From Flavobacteriaceae bacterium (lineage in GTDB: Bacteria > Bacteroidota > Bacteroidia > Flavobacteriales > Flavobacteriaceae): a stretch of DNA of 64,000 bases. The stretch's first letter is position 1; every line of letters begins with the position of its first letter. Of the stretch, positions 40,242 to 49,860 are shown one piece after another. The stretch is from positions 37,869 through 101,868 of the forward strand of contig CANKLE010000010.1 in NCBI GenBank assembly GCA_947483075.1. The letters are read 5' to 3'. The position numbers and the translations under genes were made by a program. Below the pieces are notes generated by a model. It saw only the letters and a list, made by a program, of their open reading frames with translations. It ran no database searches and had not been told where the DNA came from.

Positions 40242-42945
40242 TTTACCGACAACGGATAACGGACAACGGACAACGAAATATTTAAAACTCTCCGGTTTGG
40301 AGCCGCTTGTGGTGACTCCAGAAAGTAATTTCATCAACGTGGGTGAACGCACCAATGTGACCGGTTCGCGCAAGTTTTTGCGATTAATCAAAGAAGAAAA
40401 CTACGAAGAAGCGCTTACTGTAGCTAGAGAACAGGTAGAAGGTGGCGCGCAAATAATTGACGTCAACATGGACGAGGGGATGCTTGATGGGGTGTATGCG
40501 ATGACCAAATTCCTCAATTTAATTGCCGCTGAGCCCGATATTGCGCGAGTACCGGTCATGATTGACAGCTCGAAATGGGAAATCATCGAAGCCGGATTAA
40601 AAGTGATACAAGGCAAAGGGATTGTCAATTCGATCTCATTAAAAGAAGGTAAAGACCAATTTATAAAGCACGCCAAACTGATCAAGCGCTATGGAGCTGC
40701 AGTAATTGTGATGGCATTTGACGAAAAAGGCCAAGCCGACACTTACGAACGCCGCATCGAAATTTGCAAAAGAAGTTATGATATCTTGGTACAGGAAGTA
40801 CATTTTCCGGCCGAAGACATCATTTTTGACCCCAATATTTTTCCGGTAGCGACCGGTATGGACGAACACAAACTGAATGCCCTCGATTTTTTTAATGCCA
40901 CCCAATGGATCCGTCAAAATTTGCCTTACGCAGGTGTTTCTGGCGGAGTAAGCAATGTGTCATTTTCGTTTCGTGGCAACGATAAAGTGAGAGAAGCCAT
41001 GCACTCGGCATTTTTATATCACGCCATTCAACACGGCATGACTATGGGGATTGTAAACCCAGAAATGTTAGAAATTTATGACCAAATAGATCCGGTATTG
41101 CTCGAACATGTTGAGGACGTATTGCTCAACCGACGCGCCGATGCAACCGAACGCTTATTAGATTTAGCCGAGAGTTTCAAAGGAATAGCCGCAGGAACTG
41201 TGGGGGTAAAAGGTGGATTGGAATGGCGCGAGGGTTCGGTACAAGAACGACTCACGCATTCCTTGGTGAAAGGAATTGACGAATTCATAGAAGTGGATGT
41301 AGAAGAAGCCCGAATTGGTGCAGCCAAAGCCATCGAGGTAATCGAAATCAATTTGATGGCCGGGATGAACGTGGTAGGAGATTTATTTGGCAGCGGAAAA
41401 ATGTTCTTACCCCAGGTAGTCAAATCGGCGCGTGTGATGAAAAAAGCAGTGGCGTATTTATTGCCATACATAGAAGCACAAAAAGAAGGCAAATCGTCTT
41501 CGGCTGGAAAAGTGTTGATGGCCACCGTAAAAGGCGACGTGCACGACATTGGGAAAAACATTGTATCCGTAGTGTTGGCCTGTAATAATTTTGAAATCAT
41601 CGATTTGGGGGTAATGGTTCCGCCCGAAAAAATCATCGAAACCGCCCAGCGCGAGCAAGTAGACATCATTGGGTTGAGCGGCTTGATTACACCTTCCTTA
41701 GACGAAATGGTTTATTTGGCCAAAGAGTTGGAGAAATTAAACATCAGTATTCCCATTATGATTGGCGGCGCGACCACCTCGCGTGCCCATACTGCCGTAA
41801 AAATTGCCCCCGAGTATTCGGCTACGGTGGTGCATGTAAACGATGCTTCACGCGCGGTAACCGTAGCCAGTAATTTGCTCCAAAATGAAACCAAAGAAAG
41901 CTATACCTCGGCCATTCGTGCTGAATACGATCAGCTGCGCGAAGGCTATTTGAGTCGCAGTCGCGATAAGAATTTCTTGTCTATTGAAGCAGCTCGAAAA
42001 AACAAATTGCAGTTGGATTTTGATGCGTATACGCCTGTGAAACCAAATTTTATAGGATGCAAAACGGTTGATGTAGAATTAGCTCAATTGGTCGATTTTA
42101 TCGATTGGACGCCGTTTTTTCAGTCTTGGGAATTGCATGGCAAATACCCGGCGATCTTAACCGATGAGGTGGTGGGCGAACAAGCCACCGCTTTATTTGC
42201 CGATGCACAAAACATGCTACACCAAATTGTGTCCGAAAAATGGTTTACCGCCAAAGGCATACTGGGCATTTTCCCGGCCAATACCATCAACGACGACGAC
42301 ATCGAACTACAACCGACAACGGACAACGGACAACGGACAACGTTTTTAACCCTCCGCCAGCAATCCCAAAAAACCGCCGGCGCACCCAACATCGCTTTGG
42401 CCGATTTTATTGCACCCAAAGACAGTGGAAAACAAGATTACATTGGGTGTTTTTGTGTCACAACCGGATTTGGTGTCGAAGAAAAAGCCGTCGAATTTGA
42501 GAAAAACCTAGACGACTACAACGCAATTTTAGTAAAAGCATTGGCCGACCGTTTGGCCGAAGCCTTTGCCGAATATTTGCATTTGCACGTCCGCCAAGAA
42601 TTATGGGGCTATGCGGCAAACGAACGTTTATCTAATGTGGAGTTGATTCAAGAAGAATACAAAGGTATTCGCCCGGCGCCGGGTTATCCGGCCTGCCCCG
42701 ATCATCTCGAAAAACCGACCATTTGGAAACTCTTGCAAGTCGAGGAAACCATTGGTGTAAAATTGACCGAAAGCATGGCCATGTGGCCCGCCTCTTCGGT
42801 TTCGGGCTATTATTTTGCCCATCCCGAAAGCAAGTATTTTGGTTTGGGAAAAATAAAATCCGATCAGGTAGTAGACTATGCCAAACGAAGAAGTATCAGT
42901 ACCGAAGAAGCCACAAAATGGCTTGCGCCTAATATAGCAGATTAA
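40228..42945 (+). CDS. metH: Methionine synthase, with pterin-binding, B12-cap, B12-binding and AdoMet-activation modules
   Basis: 905 aa with LKLSGLEPL...[10 protein letters not shown], the B12 motif [11 protein letters not shown], and the activation domain [15 protein letters not shown]...[14 protein letters not shown]. Confidence 0.95.
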   Translation: MSSTSLPTTDNGQRTTKYLKLSGLEPLVVTPESNFINVGERTNVTGSRKFLRLIKEENYEEALTVAREQVEGGAQIIDVNMDEGMLDGVYAMTKFLNLIAAEPDIARVPVMIDSSKWEIIEAGLKVIQGKGIVNSISLKEGKDQFIKHAKLIKRYGAAVIVMAFDEKGQADTYERRIEICKRSYDILVQEVHFPAEDIIFDPNIFPVATGMDEHKLNALDFFNATQWIRQNLPYAGVSGGVSNVSFSFRGNDKVREAMHSAFLYHAIQHGMTMGIVNPEMLEIYDQIDPVLLEHVEDVLLNRRADATERLLDLAESFKGIAAGTVGVKGGLEWREGSVQERLTHSLVKGIDEFIEVDVEEARIGAAKAIEVIEINLMAGMNVVGDLFGSGKMFLPQVVKSARVMKKAVAYLLPYIEAQKEGKSSSAGKVLMATVKGDVHDIGKNIVSVVLACNNFEIIDLGVMVPPEKIIETAQREQVDIIGLSGLITPSLDEMVYLAKELEKLNISIPIMIGGATTSRAHTAVKIAPEYSATVVHVNDASRAVTVASNLLQNETKESYTSAIRAEYDQLREGYLSRSRDKNFLSIEAARKNKLQLDFDAYTPVKPNFIGCKTVDVELAQLVDFIDWTPFFQSWELHGKYPAILTDEVVGEQATALFADAQNMLHQIVSEKWFTAKGILGIFPANTINDDDIELQPTTDNGQRTTFLTLRQQSQKTAGAPNIALADFIAPKDSGKQDYIGCFCVTTGFGVEEKAVEFEKNLDDYNAILVKALADRLAEAFAEYLHLHVRQELWGYAANERLSNVELIQEEYKGIRPAPGYPACPDHLEKPTIWKLLQVEETIGVKLTESMAMWPASSVSGYYFAHPESKYFGLGKIKSDQVVDYAKRRSISTEEATKWLAPNIAD
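40242..40275 (+). repeat. Heptamer array in inverted orientation (GACAACG GATAACG GACAACG GACAACG)
   Basis: Its unit is the near reverse complement of GGTTATC (GATAACC). The array encodes residues 7-16 ([10 protein letters not shown]) of the second metH cistron. Confidence 0.9.
42312..42342 (+). repeat. Second in-frame copy of the 31-nt heptamer array inside metH
   Basis: ACCGACAACGGACAACGGACAACGGACAACG differs at one base from 40245-40275 and again encodes [10 protein letters not shown]. Confidence 0.9.
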
Positions 42946-42983
42946 ATTTGTTTCAAGTTTATTCCGCTGCGCTTCATCTGTTC

Positions 42984-43001
42984 GTCCCGAAGTTTCGGGA
43001 C
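42984..43001 (+). repeat. GTCCCGAA/TTCGGGAC palindromic module in the metH-metF spacer
   Basis: This is a perfect 8+8 palindrome. Related CGTCCCGAGAC..TCGGGA modules occur at 52491-52825 and 54351-54362. Confidence 0.6.
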
Positions 43002-43059
43002 TCGAGTCAAGTTTCAGGTTTCAAGATGAAAATATAAAGCATAAATCAGAACACTAGTA

Positions 43060-44016
43060 ATGAAAGTAACCCAACACATCGAAAACGCCAAAGGAAATCC
43101 TTTATTTTCCTTCGAGATTTTACCGCCTTTAAAAGGTCAAAATATTCAATCTATTTTTGACAGTATTGATCCATTAATGGAATTCAAACCGCCCTTCATA
43201 GACGTGACTTATCACCGCGAAGAATACGAATTCAAGGAGCTGCCCAGCGGTTTATTGCAAAAAAAAGTAGTCAAAAAACGTCCAGGAACCGTGGGCATTT
43301 GCGCGGGCATTCAAAACAAATACAACGTCGATGCCATTCCGCATATTTTGTGTGGAGGATTTACCAAAGAAGACACCGAAAATTTATTGATTGATTTGGA
43401 TTTCTTGGGTATAGACAATGTAGTGGCCTTGCGTGGCGATGCCTTAAAAAACGAAATCTACTTTAAAGCAGAAAAAGACGGCAACGAATATGCCAGCGAA
43501 TTGGTGACGCAAATCAGTAACTTAAATCAAGGAATTTACTTGGATGAAGACCTAAAAAATTCGGCGCAAACCCATTTTTGCATTGGCGTGGCCGGTTATC
43601 CAGAAAAACATATGGAAGCCCCCAGTTTTGATAGCGACATTCATTTCTTGAAACAAAAAATTCAAAATGGCGCCGATTACATTATTACTCAAATGTTTTT
43701 TGACAACCAAAAATTCTTTGATTTTGTAAAAAAATGCCGCAACGAAGGCATTACGGTACCCATCATTCCGGGCTTGAAGCCCTTGGCTACCAAAAAACAA
43801 CTCAATCAAATTCCGTTGCGTTTTAGTATTGATTTGCCCGATGAACTTATCATGGAGGTGGTAAAAGCCAAAGACAATGAGGCCGTTCGACAAATCGGAA
43901 TCGAGTGGTGCACGGCGCAAAGCAAAGAACTTGTGGCAGCTGGTTGTCCTGTTTTGCACTACTATTCGATGGGCAAAGCCGATAACATCAAACAAATTGC
44001 ACAAGCGCTGTTTTAA
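43060..44016 (+). CDS. metF: Methylenetetrahydrofolate reductase
   Basis: 318 aa of the MTHFR family (FSFEILPP, ITQMFFDN), downstream of metH. Confidence 0.9.
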   Translation: MKVTQHIENAKGNPLFSFEILPPLKGQNIQSIFDSIDPLMEFKPPFIDVTYHREEYEFKELPSGLLQKKVVKKRPGTVGICAGIQNKYNVDAIPHILCGGFTKEDTENLLIDLDFLGIDNVVALRGDALKNEIYFKAEKDGNEYASELVTQISNLNQGIYLDEDLKNSAQTHFCIGVAGYPEKHMEAPSFDSDIHFLKQKIQNGADYIITQMFFDNQKFFDFVKKCRNEGITVPIIPGLKPLATKKQLNQIPLRFSIDLPDELIMEVVKAKDNEAVRQIGIEWCTAQSKELVAAGCPVLHYYSMGKADNIKQIAQALF

Positions 44017-44049
44017 AAAATAGAATATATTTACGGCCAAATTTACTGC

Positions 44050-45141
44050 ATGAAGCAATTAGTTATAGGTAGTGTCATGATGATGTGTGCATTGAGTTGG
44101 GCGCAAAAAACTGCCAAGCCAATTGCATTTGAAGCAGCAGTGCTTCGCGGAAACGTGCTCCTGCATTCGCCCTATATTCCTCAATTCATGACGGGCCACC
44201 CCGACGGATTTATGCTGAGTTATGCGCATAAATCTACAGGAAAACTCGAATGGGAAACGGCCTACAACTACCCCGATTACGGCCTTTATTTTCTATACCA
44301 AGATTTCAAAAACAGTACGTTGGGCTATAATTCGGCAGCGGGAGGGTTTTATAAATTTTACTTTGCCAACCGACACCTGAGTCTAAAAATTGCCCAAGGC
44401 TTGGCCATGACTACGCATCCGTATGACCGCGTGACCAATTCCAAAAATAGAGCCTTTGGGTCACGGTATATGGGCAATACCGATTTTGTTTTAGCGTACA
44501 CACACGATAACATCCTAGATCATTTGGGACTAGACGTAGGTTTGTTTTTTACCCATTATTCAAACGGCAGATTTAAATCGCCCAACAGCGGAATCAACAC
44601 CTACGGACTTACCCTTGGGCTGCACTATGAAGTCAATCCAGTCGACTTGCCCGAAGCGAGAAGCCTAAGCAACAACTCTTTCAAAGAACCCATTAAATAC
44701 AATTTTGTGCTGCGCACCGGAATTAACGAAAGTCCCAGCATTGGCAGTGGCCAAAAACCATTTTATCACTTGGGTGCCTATGCCGATAAAAGGCTGGGCC
44801 GTAAGAGTGCGATTCAGTTGGGAACCGAAGTATTTTTTACTTTGTCAAACCAAGAATACATTCGGTACAAAGCCATTGCCTTCCCCGAATTGCATTTAGA
44901 TCCCAATACCGATTACAAAAGGGTAGGGGTTTTTGTGGGGCATGAGTTATTCATCAACCGAATTTCGCTCGAAACGCAATTGGGCTATTATGTCTATCAG
45001 CCCTACAAAATAGACATCGCAATGTATGATCGTTTGGGGATGAAGTATTACATAACCAAAAATTGGTATACAGGGGTGGGCGTCAAAACACATGGGCTTA
45101 TGGCCGAAGCCACCGAATTTGCAATTGGCATTCGATTATAA
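44050..45141 (+). CDS. Acyloxyacyl hydrolase / PagL-like lipid A deacylase family outer-membrane protein
   Basis: 363 aa with a signal peptide, a beta-barrel pattern and an HYSNG motif (FFTHYSNGRFKSPNSG) resembling the PagL His-Ser site. The family assignment was not verified. Confidence 0.45.
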   Translation: MKQLVIGSVMMMCALSWAQKTAKPIAFEAAVLRGNVLLHSPYIPQFMTGHPDGFMLSYAHKSTGKLEWETAYNYPDYGLYFLYQDFKNSTLGYNSAAGGFYKFYFANRHLSLKIAQGLAMTTHPYDRVTNSKNRAFGSRYMGNTDFVLAYTHDNILDHLGLDVGLFFTHYSNGRFKSPNSGINTYGLTLGLHYEVNPVDLPEARSLSNNSFKEPIKYNFVLRTGINESPSIGSGQKPFYHLGAYADKRLGRKSAIQLGTEVFFTLSNQEYIRYKAIAFPELHLDPNTDYKRVGVFVGHELFINRISLETQLGYYVYQPYKIDIAMYDRLGMKYYITKNWYTGVGVKTHGLMAEATEFAIGIRL

Positions 45142-45149
45142 AATAAAAT

Positions 45150-45917
45150 ATGAAAGCAATACAACGCCTAGTTTTTGTTCCTTTAATTTGCTTCCTGGCC
45201 TTGGTTACTTCTTGTGCCGGACTCGACGATTGTGTAAAATCGGCCGGAGCGATGGCAACCAAAGAAATTGATTTGCAGGGCCAAACCTTTTCTACTGTAG
45301 TTGTTAATCGAGGCATTGCCTTGGTGGTTGCGCAAGGCCCCGAATATGCCGTAACGGTAAAAGCGGGTCAAAATTTGGTTGATGACATTCAGACAACTAT
45401 TTCTAACAATACCTTGACCTTGAAAGATGGAACCAGTTGCAATTGGACAAGAGAATACGGCCAGACCACGGTCTATATTACGGCTCCCAATTTAGATCAG
45501 ATACACAGCAAAACCGAATTGGAGATTCGATCTGCGGGCGTATTATCCTTTCCTCATTTGCACCTCTATGCCATGGATAAATTGGACGGATATATGGGCG
45601 TGGGAAATGGCGATTTTAGGTTGCAAGTAAACTGCCCCAATTTGTCTATAGAAAACAATGATATGGCCCGTTATTTTATAACTGGGACCGTGACCAATTT
45701 ATGGGTGAATTTTTACGAATGGGGTGGAATTTTTTATGGGCAAGATTTACTAGCCAATACGATTCAAGTGTACCATCGCGGCTCTAACGACATCTATGTA
45801 CATCCGTTGGAATCCCTATCAGGATCCATTTATAATTTGGGGAATATTTATTGTAGTCCTCGTCCACCACTAGTAAACGTTCAGGAATATTACCGCGGGC
45901 ATTTGTATTTCAACTAA
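45150..45917 (+). CDS. Lipoprotein with a DUF2807 / head-GIN-like domain
   Basis: 255 aa with a lipobox (LVTSCAG) and a repetitive beta-helix-like pattern typical of DUF2807 proteins. Confidence 0.5.
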   Translation: MKAIQRLVFVPLICFLALVTSCAGLDDCVKSAGAMATKEIDLQGQTFSTVVVNRGIALVVAQGPEYAVTVKAGQNLVDDIQTTISNNTLTLKDGTSCNWTREYGQTTVYITAPNLDQIHSKTELEIRSAGVLSFPHLHLYAMDKLDGYMGVGNGDFRLQVNCPNLSIENNDMARYFITGTVTNLWVNFYEWGGIFYGQDLLANTIQVYHRGSNDIYVHPLESLSGSIYNLGNIYCSPRPPLVNVQEYYRGHLYFN

Positions 45918-45926
45918 ACTTCCCCC

Positions 45927-46826
45927 TTATTTTTGGGTCAATTCGTGAAATACCGTTTCTAAGTTTTTGTTTTTCTGATTCAATTGTAGGATTTTGAATT
46001 CGTTGGCTTGGGCAAAATCAAACACCACAGTTCGGGCATCATTTTCAGTTGAAAACAGCAATTCCCAGCAATTCCCAGCCGTATTTTTACTCGATGTTAA
46101 TCCCGCCAATTCTGCCAATTGAGCCGCAGTAATGGCCACATTAAATTCTACTTCGAGCAGTTGTTCTTGTTGCAGGGTCACCACGTTTTCTAATTTTTTA
46201 TCGGCAACCAAAACCCCTTCGTTAATGATAATCACTCGATCGCACAAGGCTTCTACCTCTTGCATGATGTGGGTCGACAATAAAACTGTTTTGTTTTTCC
46301 CGACCGCTTTGATGACTGCCCTTATTTCAACCAACTGATTCGGATCTAAACCGGTAGTAGGTTCATCCAAGATGAGCACCTCCGGATCGTGCAACAAAGC
46401 GCTGGCCAATCCCACCCGTTGGCGGTAGCCTTTAGACAATTGGCCAATTTTTTTATGGGCTTCTTTTTGTAGGCCCGTGAGTTCTATTACAACAGCAATT
46501 CGACTTTTGTCGGCTTGATATACGTCGGCTTGGTAGGCCAAATATTCACGCACATACAAATCCAAATACAACGGATTGTGTTCGGGCAAATACCCAATAG
46601 ATTGTTGCACCTGAAGTTGCTGGGTAGCTACATCAAATCCATTCACCTTGGCAGAACCTGAGTCGGCGTTGAGGTAGGTGGTTAGAATTTTCATCAAGGT
46701 AGATTTTCCTGCGCCATTTGGGCCTAAGAACCCTACTATTTCTCCTTTTTCGATGCGAAACGAAAGATCGTGAAGGGCTTTTTGAGAACCGTAATTTTTG
46801 GAGATGTGCTGAACTTCGATTGACAT
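45927..46826 (-). CDS. gldA: ABC transporter ATP-binding protein, probably gliding-motility GldA
   Basis: 299 aa with Walker A (GPNGAGKST), signature (LSKGYRQR) and Walker B (LILDEP) motifs. The N- and C-terminal strings (MSIEV..ISK.YG, ILQLNQKNKNLE) match my recollection of F. johnsoniae GldA. Confidence 0.65.
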   Translation of the reverse strand: MSIEVQHISKNYGSQKALHDLSFRIEKGEIVGFLGPNGAGKSTLMKILTTYLNADSGSAKVNGFDVATQQLQVQQSIGYLPEHNPLYLDLYVREYLAYQADVYQADKSRIAVVIELTGLQKEAHKKIGQLSKGYRQRVGLASALLHDPEVLILDEPTTGLDPNQLVEIRAVIKAVGKNKTVLLSTHIMQEVEALCDRVIIINEGVLVADKKLENVVTLQQEQLLEVEFNVAITAAQLAELAGLTSSKNTAGNCWELLFSTENDARTVVFDFAQANEFKILQLNQKNKNLETVFHELTQK

Positions 46827-46987
46827 AACAACTGTTTGTCACAAAAGTAACCATTTGTTGGGTTTGAAAAAGAAGCTAAACTGTTTTTTTCGTTTGCAAC
46901 AAAACAATTTAACAGCTGTCGCAAATAGAAGGCGGCGATGGGCTGTATATCGCAAAAAGGAATTATTTTTACACCAGATTTTACACT

Positions 46988-48079
46988 ATGAGTAGCATTT
47001 CAACTTGGGGAGATTGGGTACAGGAGTTGTCGTCAGTACAGCCTATGCTCATTGCCGGACCTTGCAGCGCCGAAACCGAAGCGCAAGTTATGGCTACGGC
47101 TCTCGGATTGCAAGCGGCCAACGTGAGCATTTTTAGAGCAGGGATTTGGAAACCAAGAACCCGGCCAGGAGGATTTGAAGGTGTAGGCGAAATGGGCTTG
47201 CCCTGGTTGCAACGCGTGAAGGCCGAAACAGGAATGCTCACGGCTGTTGAGGTGGCCAATGCTGCTCATGTAAAAGCGGCCTTAGATCATGATGTAGATG
47301 TATTGTGGATCGGCGCGCGTACAACAGTCAATCCTTTTGCCGTGCAAGAAATTGCCGATGTGCTTCAAAATACCGATAAAATTGTCTTAGTAAAAAACCC
47401 AGTCAACCCCGATTTGGCGTTGTGGATTGGCGCTATCGAACGTTTAGCAAAGGCGGGCATACAAAAATTGGGCGCCGTGCACCGTGGATTTTCTACCTAT
47501 GATAAATCTCGTTACCGCAACCTGCCCGAATGGCAAATCGCCATTGAGTTGCAACGCAAATTCCCTACGCTGCCGTTGTTTTGCGATCCTTCGCACATTG
47601 CGGGTAAACGCGATTTGTTGCAAGAAGTGGCGCAGCAAGCCCTCGACTTAAATTACCAAGGGCTCATGATCGAAACCCATTGCACACCCGACGAAGCTTG
47701 GAGCGATGCGCAGCAACAAATTACTCCCGAACGCCTCATCCAATTAGTAGCAGATTTGCGCATTCCCAAATCAACCGATACGGCCGAGGCCTACCAAGCA
47801 GCTTTGCGAAATTTGCGCTTACACATTGATGCCTACGACGTAAAGTTGCTCGATATTTTAGGCAGCCGCATGCAAATTGCTGGCGAAATTGGGGTGTTGA
47901 AAAAAGAAAATAATGTGGCCGTGTTGCAACAAGATCGTTGGAACGCACTGCTCGAAAAAATGATAGAGGTAGGGCAGGAAAAAGAATTGAGTCAAGAGTT
48001 TATCTTGCGCATTTTTAAGGCCATTCACCAAGAAAGTATTCACCACCAAGAACAGGTAATATATACCCAACAACCCTAA
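46988..48079 (+). CDS. Bifunctional DAHP synthase / type II chorismate mutase
   Basis: 363 aa. The N-terminus is a DAHPS/KDSA-like barrel (IAGPCSAE, WIGART, CDPSH). The C-terminal ~90 aa form a helical chorismate mutase domain. Confidence 0.8.
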   Translation: MSSISTWGDWVQELSSVQPMLIAGPCSAETEAQVMATALGLQAANVSIFRAGIWKPRTRPGGFEGVGEMGLPWLQRVKAETGMLTAVEVANAAHVKAALDHDVDVLWIGARTTVNPFAVQEIADVLQNTDKIVLVKNPVNPDLALWIGAIERLAKAGIQKLGAVHRGFSTYDKSRYRNLPEWQIAIELQRKFPTLPLFCDPSHIAGKRDLLQEVAQQALDLNYQGLMIETHCTPDEAWSDAQQQITPERLIQLVADLRIPKSTDTAEAYQAALRNLRLHIDAYDVKLLDILGSRMQIAGEIGVLKKENNVAVLQQDRWNALLEKMIEVGQEKELSQEFILRIFKAIHQESIHHQEQVIYTQQP

Positions 48080-48085
48080 TAGCGA

Positions 48086-49075
48086 TTGGATAAGATGACA
48101 GGAATTGTTTACAAATCGACGGGAAGTTGGTACACGGTAAAAACCGAGCAAGGGGATTTTTTGGAATGCCGCATGAAAGGAAAATTCCGCATGAAGGGCA
48201 TCAAAAGCACCAACCCAATAGCGGTGGGCGATTTGGTAGATTACGAATTAGAAATCACCTCCGACACCACTACCGGCACGATTTACCACATTCACGACCG
48301 CAAAAATTACATTGTGCGCAAATCGGTGAATTTGTCCAAACAGCTGCATATTATTGCGTCCAATATAGATCAGGTGTTTTTGTTGATCACCATTTCCAAT
48401 CCACCCACGACTACCTCTTTTATCGATCGGTTTTTGGCCACTGCCGAGGCCTACGGAATTCCGGCGGTTTTGGTGTTTAATAAAATAGACACCCTCGACG
48501 ACACTACCCTCGATGAGCAATTGTATTTGCAACACATTTACCAAGAAATTGGCTACCCTTGTTTGCGGGTTTCCTCGACACAACAAAAGGGTTTGGAGCA
48601 GTTAAAGGAGTTGATGTTGGGAAAAGTAAGCATGTTCTCGGGGCATTCGGGCGTAGGAAAATCTACCTTGGTCAATGCCTTAGAACCGGGTTTACACCTC
48701 AAAACCACCAAGATTTCCGATCAAAGCCAGCAAGGGCAGCACACCACTACCTTTGCAGAAATGTACGATTTATCGTTTGATGCCAAAATAATCGATACGC
48801 CGGGAATCAAAGGATTTGGCATGGTCGACATGCAGCCTTCCGAAATTGGCGGCTATTTCCCGGAGTTTTTTCAGCGTAAATCCCACTGCAAGTTCCATAA
48901 TTGTTTGCACAAAGAAGAACCGAATTGTGCCGTAAAAACCGCACTCGAAAACGACGAGATTGCTTGGTCGCGTTACCGCTCGTATATGCAAATTTTAGAA
49001 GGCGATGACGAGCATTACCGCACCGACATCTACAACGACGAACGCGCCGCCAGCGATGCCACCCGAAAATCCTAA
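48086..49075 (+). CDS. rsgA: Ribosome small-subunit-dependent GTPase A
   Basis: 329 aa with an OB-fold N-terminus, G motifs (NKIDT, GHSGVGKSTLVNAL) and a zinc knuckle (CKFHNCLHKEEPNCAV). An alternative start is at 48095. Confidence 0.9.
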   Translation: MDKMTGIVYKSTGSWYTVKTEQGDFLECRMKGKFRMKGIKSTNPIAVGDLVDYELEITSDTTTGTIYHIHDRKNYIVRKSVNLSKQLHIIASNIDQVFLLITISNPPTTTSFIDRFLATAEAYGIPAVLVFNKIDTLDDTTLDEQLYLQHIYQEIGYPCLRVSSTQQKGLEQLKELMLGKVSMFSGHSGVGKSTLVNALEPGLHLKTTKISDQSQQGQHTTTFAEMYDLSFDAKIIDTPGIKGFGMVDMQPSEIGGYFPEFFQRKSHCKFHNCLHKEEPNCAVKTALENDEIAWSRYRSYMQILEGDDEHYRTDIYNDERAASDATRKS

Positions 49076-49078
49076 GCC

Positions 49079-49531
49079 ATGAAAGTAGTGATACAACGCG
49101 TGCGTTCGGCCCAAGTAGCCATTGATGAAAAAGTGGTGGGACAAATAGAGCAGGGATTACTCGTTTTGGTTGGTTTTGAAGAAGCCGATACCCAAGAAGA
49201 TATCGATTGGGTAGTAGCCAAAACGGTCAATCTGCGCATTTTTAATGACGATAAGGGAGTGATGAATTGTTCCTTGCTCGAAACCGGCGGATCGTTGTTG
49301 GTGGTGAGTCAATTCACTTTGCACGCCTCGACCAAAAAAGGAAATCGCCCTTCCTATATCCAGGCAGCCAAACCCGAAATCGCCATTCCGCTCTATGAAA
49401 AGTGTATTCTAGCCTTTGAATGGGCCCTGCAAAAACCCATACAAACCGGCCAATTTGGCGCCGATATGCAAGTGACTTTGGTAAACTATGGGCCGGTCAC
49501 GATATTAATTGATTCTAAAAATAAAATCTGA
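49079..49531 (+). CDS. dtd: D-aminoacyl-tRNA deacylase
   Basis: 150 aa with MKVVIQRV, SQFTLHA and YGPVT. Confidence 0.95.
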   Translation: MKVVIQRVRSAQVAIDEKVVGQIEQGLLVLVGFEEADTQEDIDWVVAKTVNLRIFNDDKGVMNCSLLETGGSLLVVSQFTLHASTKKGNRPSYIQAAKPEIAIPLYEKCILAFEWALQKPIQTGQFGADMQVTLVNYGPVTILIDSKNKI

Positions 49532-49860
49532 TGGATTTAAAAAACAGCCAACTCGAAGTAGATCGTTGGATCAAAAACCACGGGGTGCGTTACTTTAACG
49601 AACTCACCAATATGGCGCAACTCACCGAAGAAGTAGGCGAGGTGGCCCGCATTATTGCACGTCGCTACGGCGAACAATCCGAAAAAGAATCCGACAAAAA
49701 CAAAGACCTGGGCGAAGAATTGGCCGACGTGGTGTTTGTAGTACTCTGCTTGGCCAACCAAACCGGCATCGATTTGCAAGCGGCCTTTGACAAAAAGTTG
49801 GACCTCAAAACCCAACGCGACCACGACCGTCACCAACAAAACAATAAATTACGTTCCTAA
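49531..49860 (+). CDS. MazG-like nucleotide pyrophosphohydrolase
   Basis: 109 aa with an EExxE..ELADV helical motif. It shares 1-nt overlaps with both neighbours. Confidence 0.8.
   Translation: MDLKNSQLEVDRWIKNHGVRYFNELTNMAQLTEEVGEVARIIARRYGEQSEKESDKNKDLGEELADVVFVVLCLANQTGIDLQAAFDKKLDLKTQRDHDRHQQNNKLRS

Noticed and set aside
41076-41669. 197-aa minus-strand ORF, and similar long antisense ORFs (1824-2246, 8656-9120, 9709-10176, 43552-44058, 55179-55613, 56632-57138)
   Set aside because: Each is fully embedded antisense in a confidently identified conserved gene (S41 peptidase, mreB/purH, metH, metF, kynU, acylase). None has a recognisable motif.
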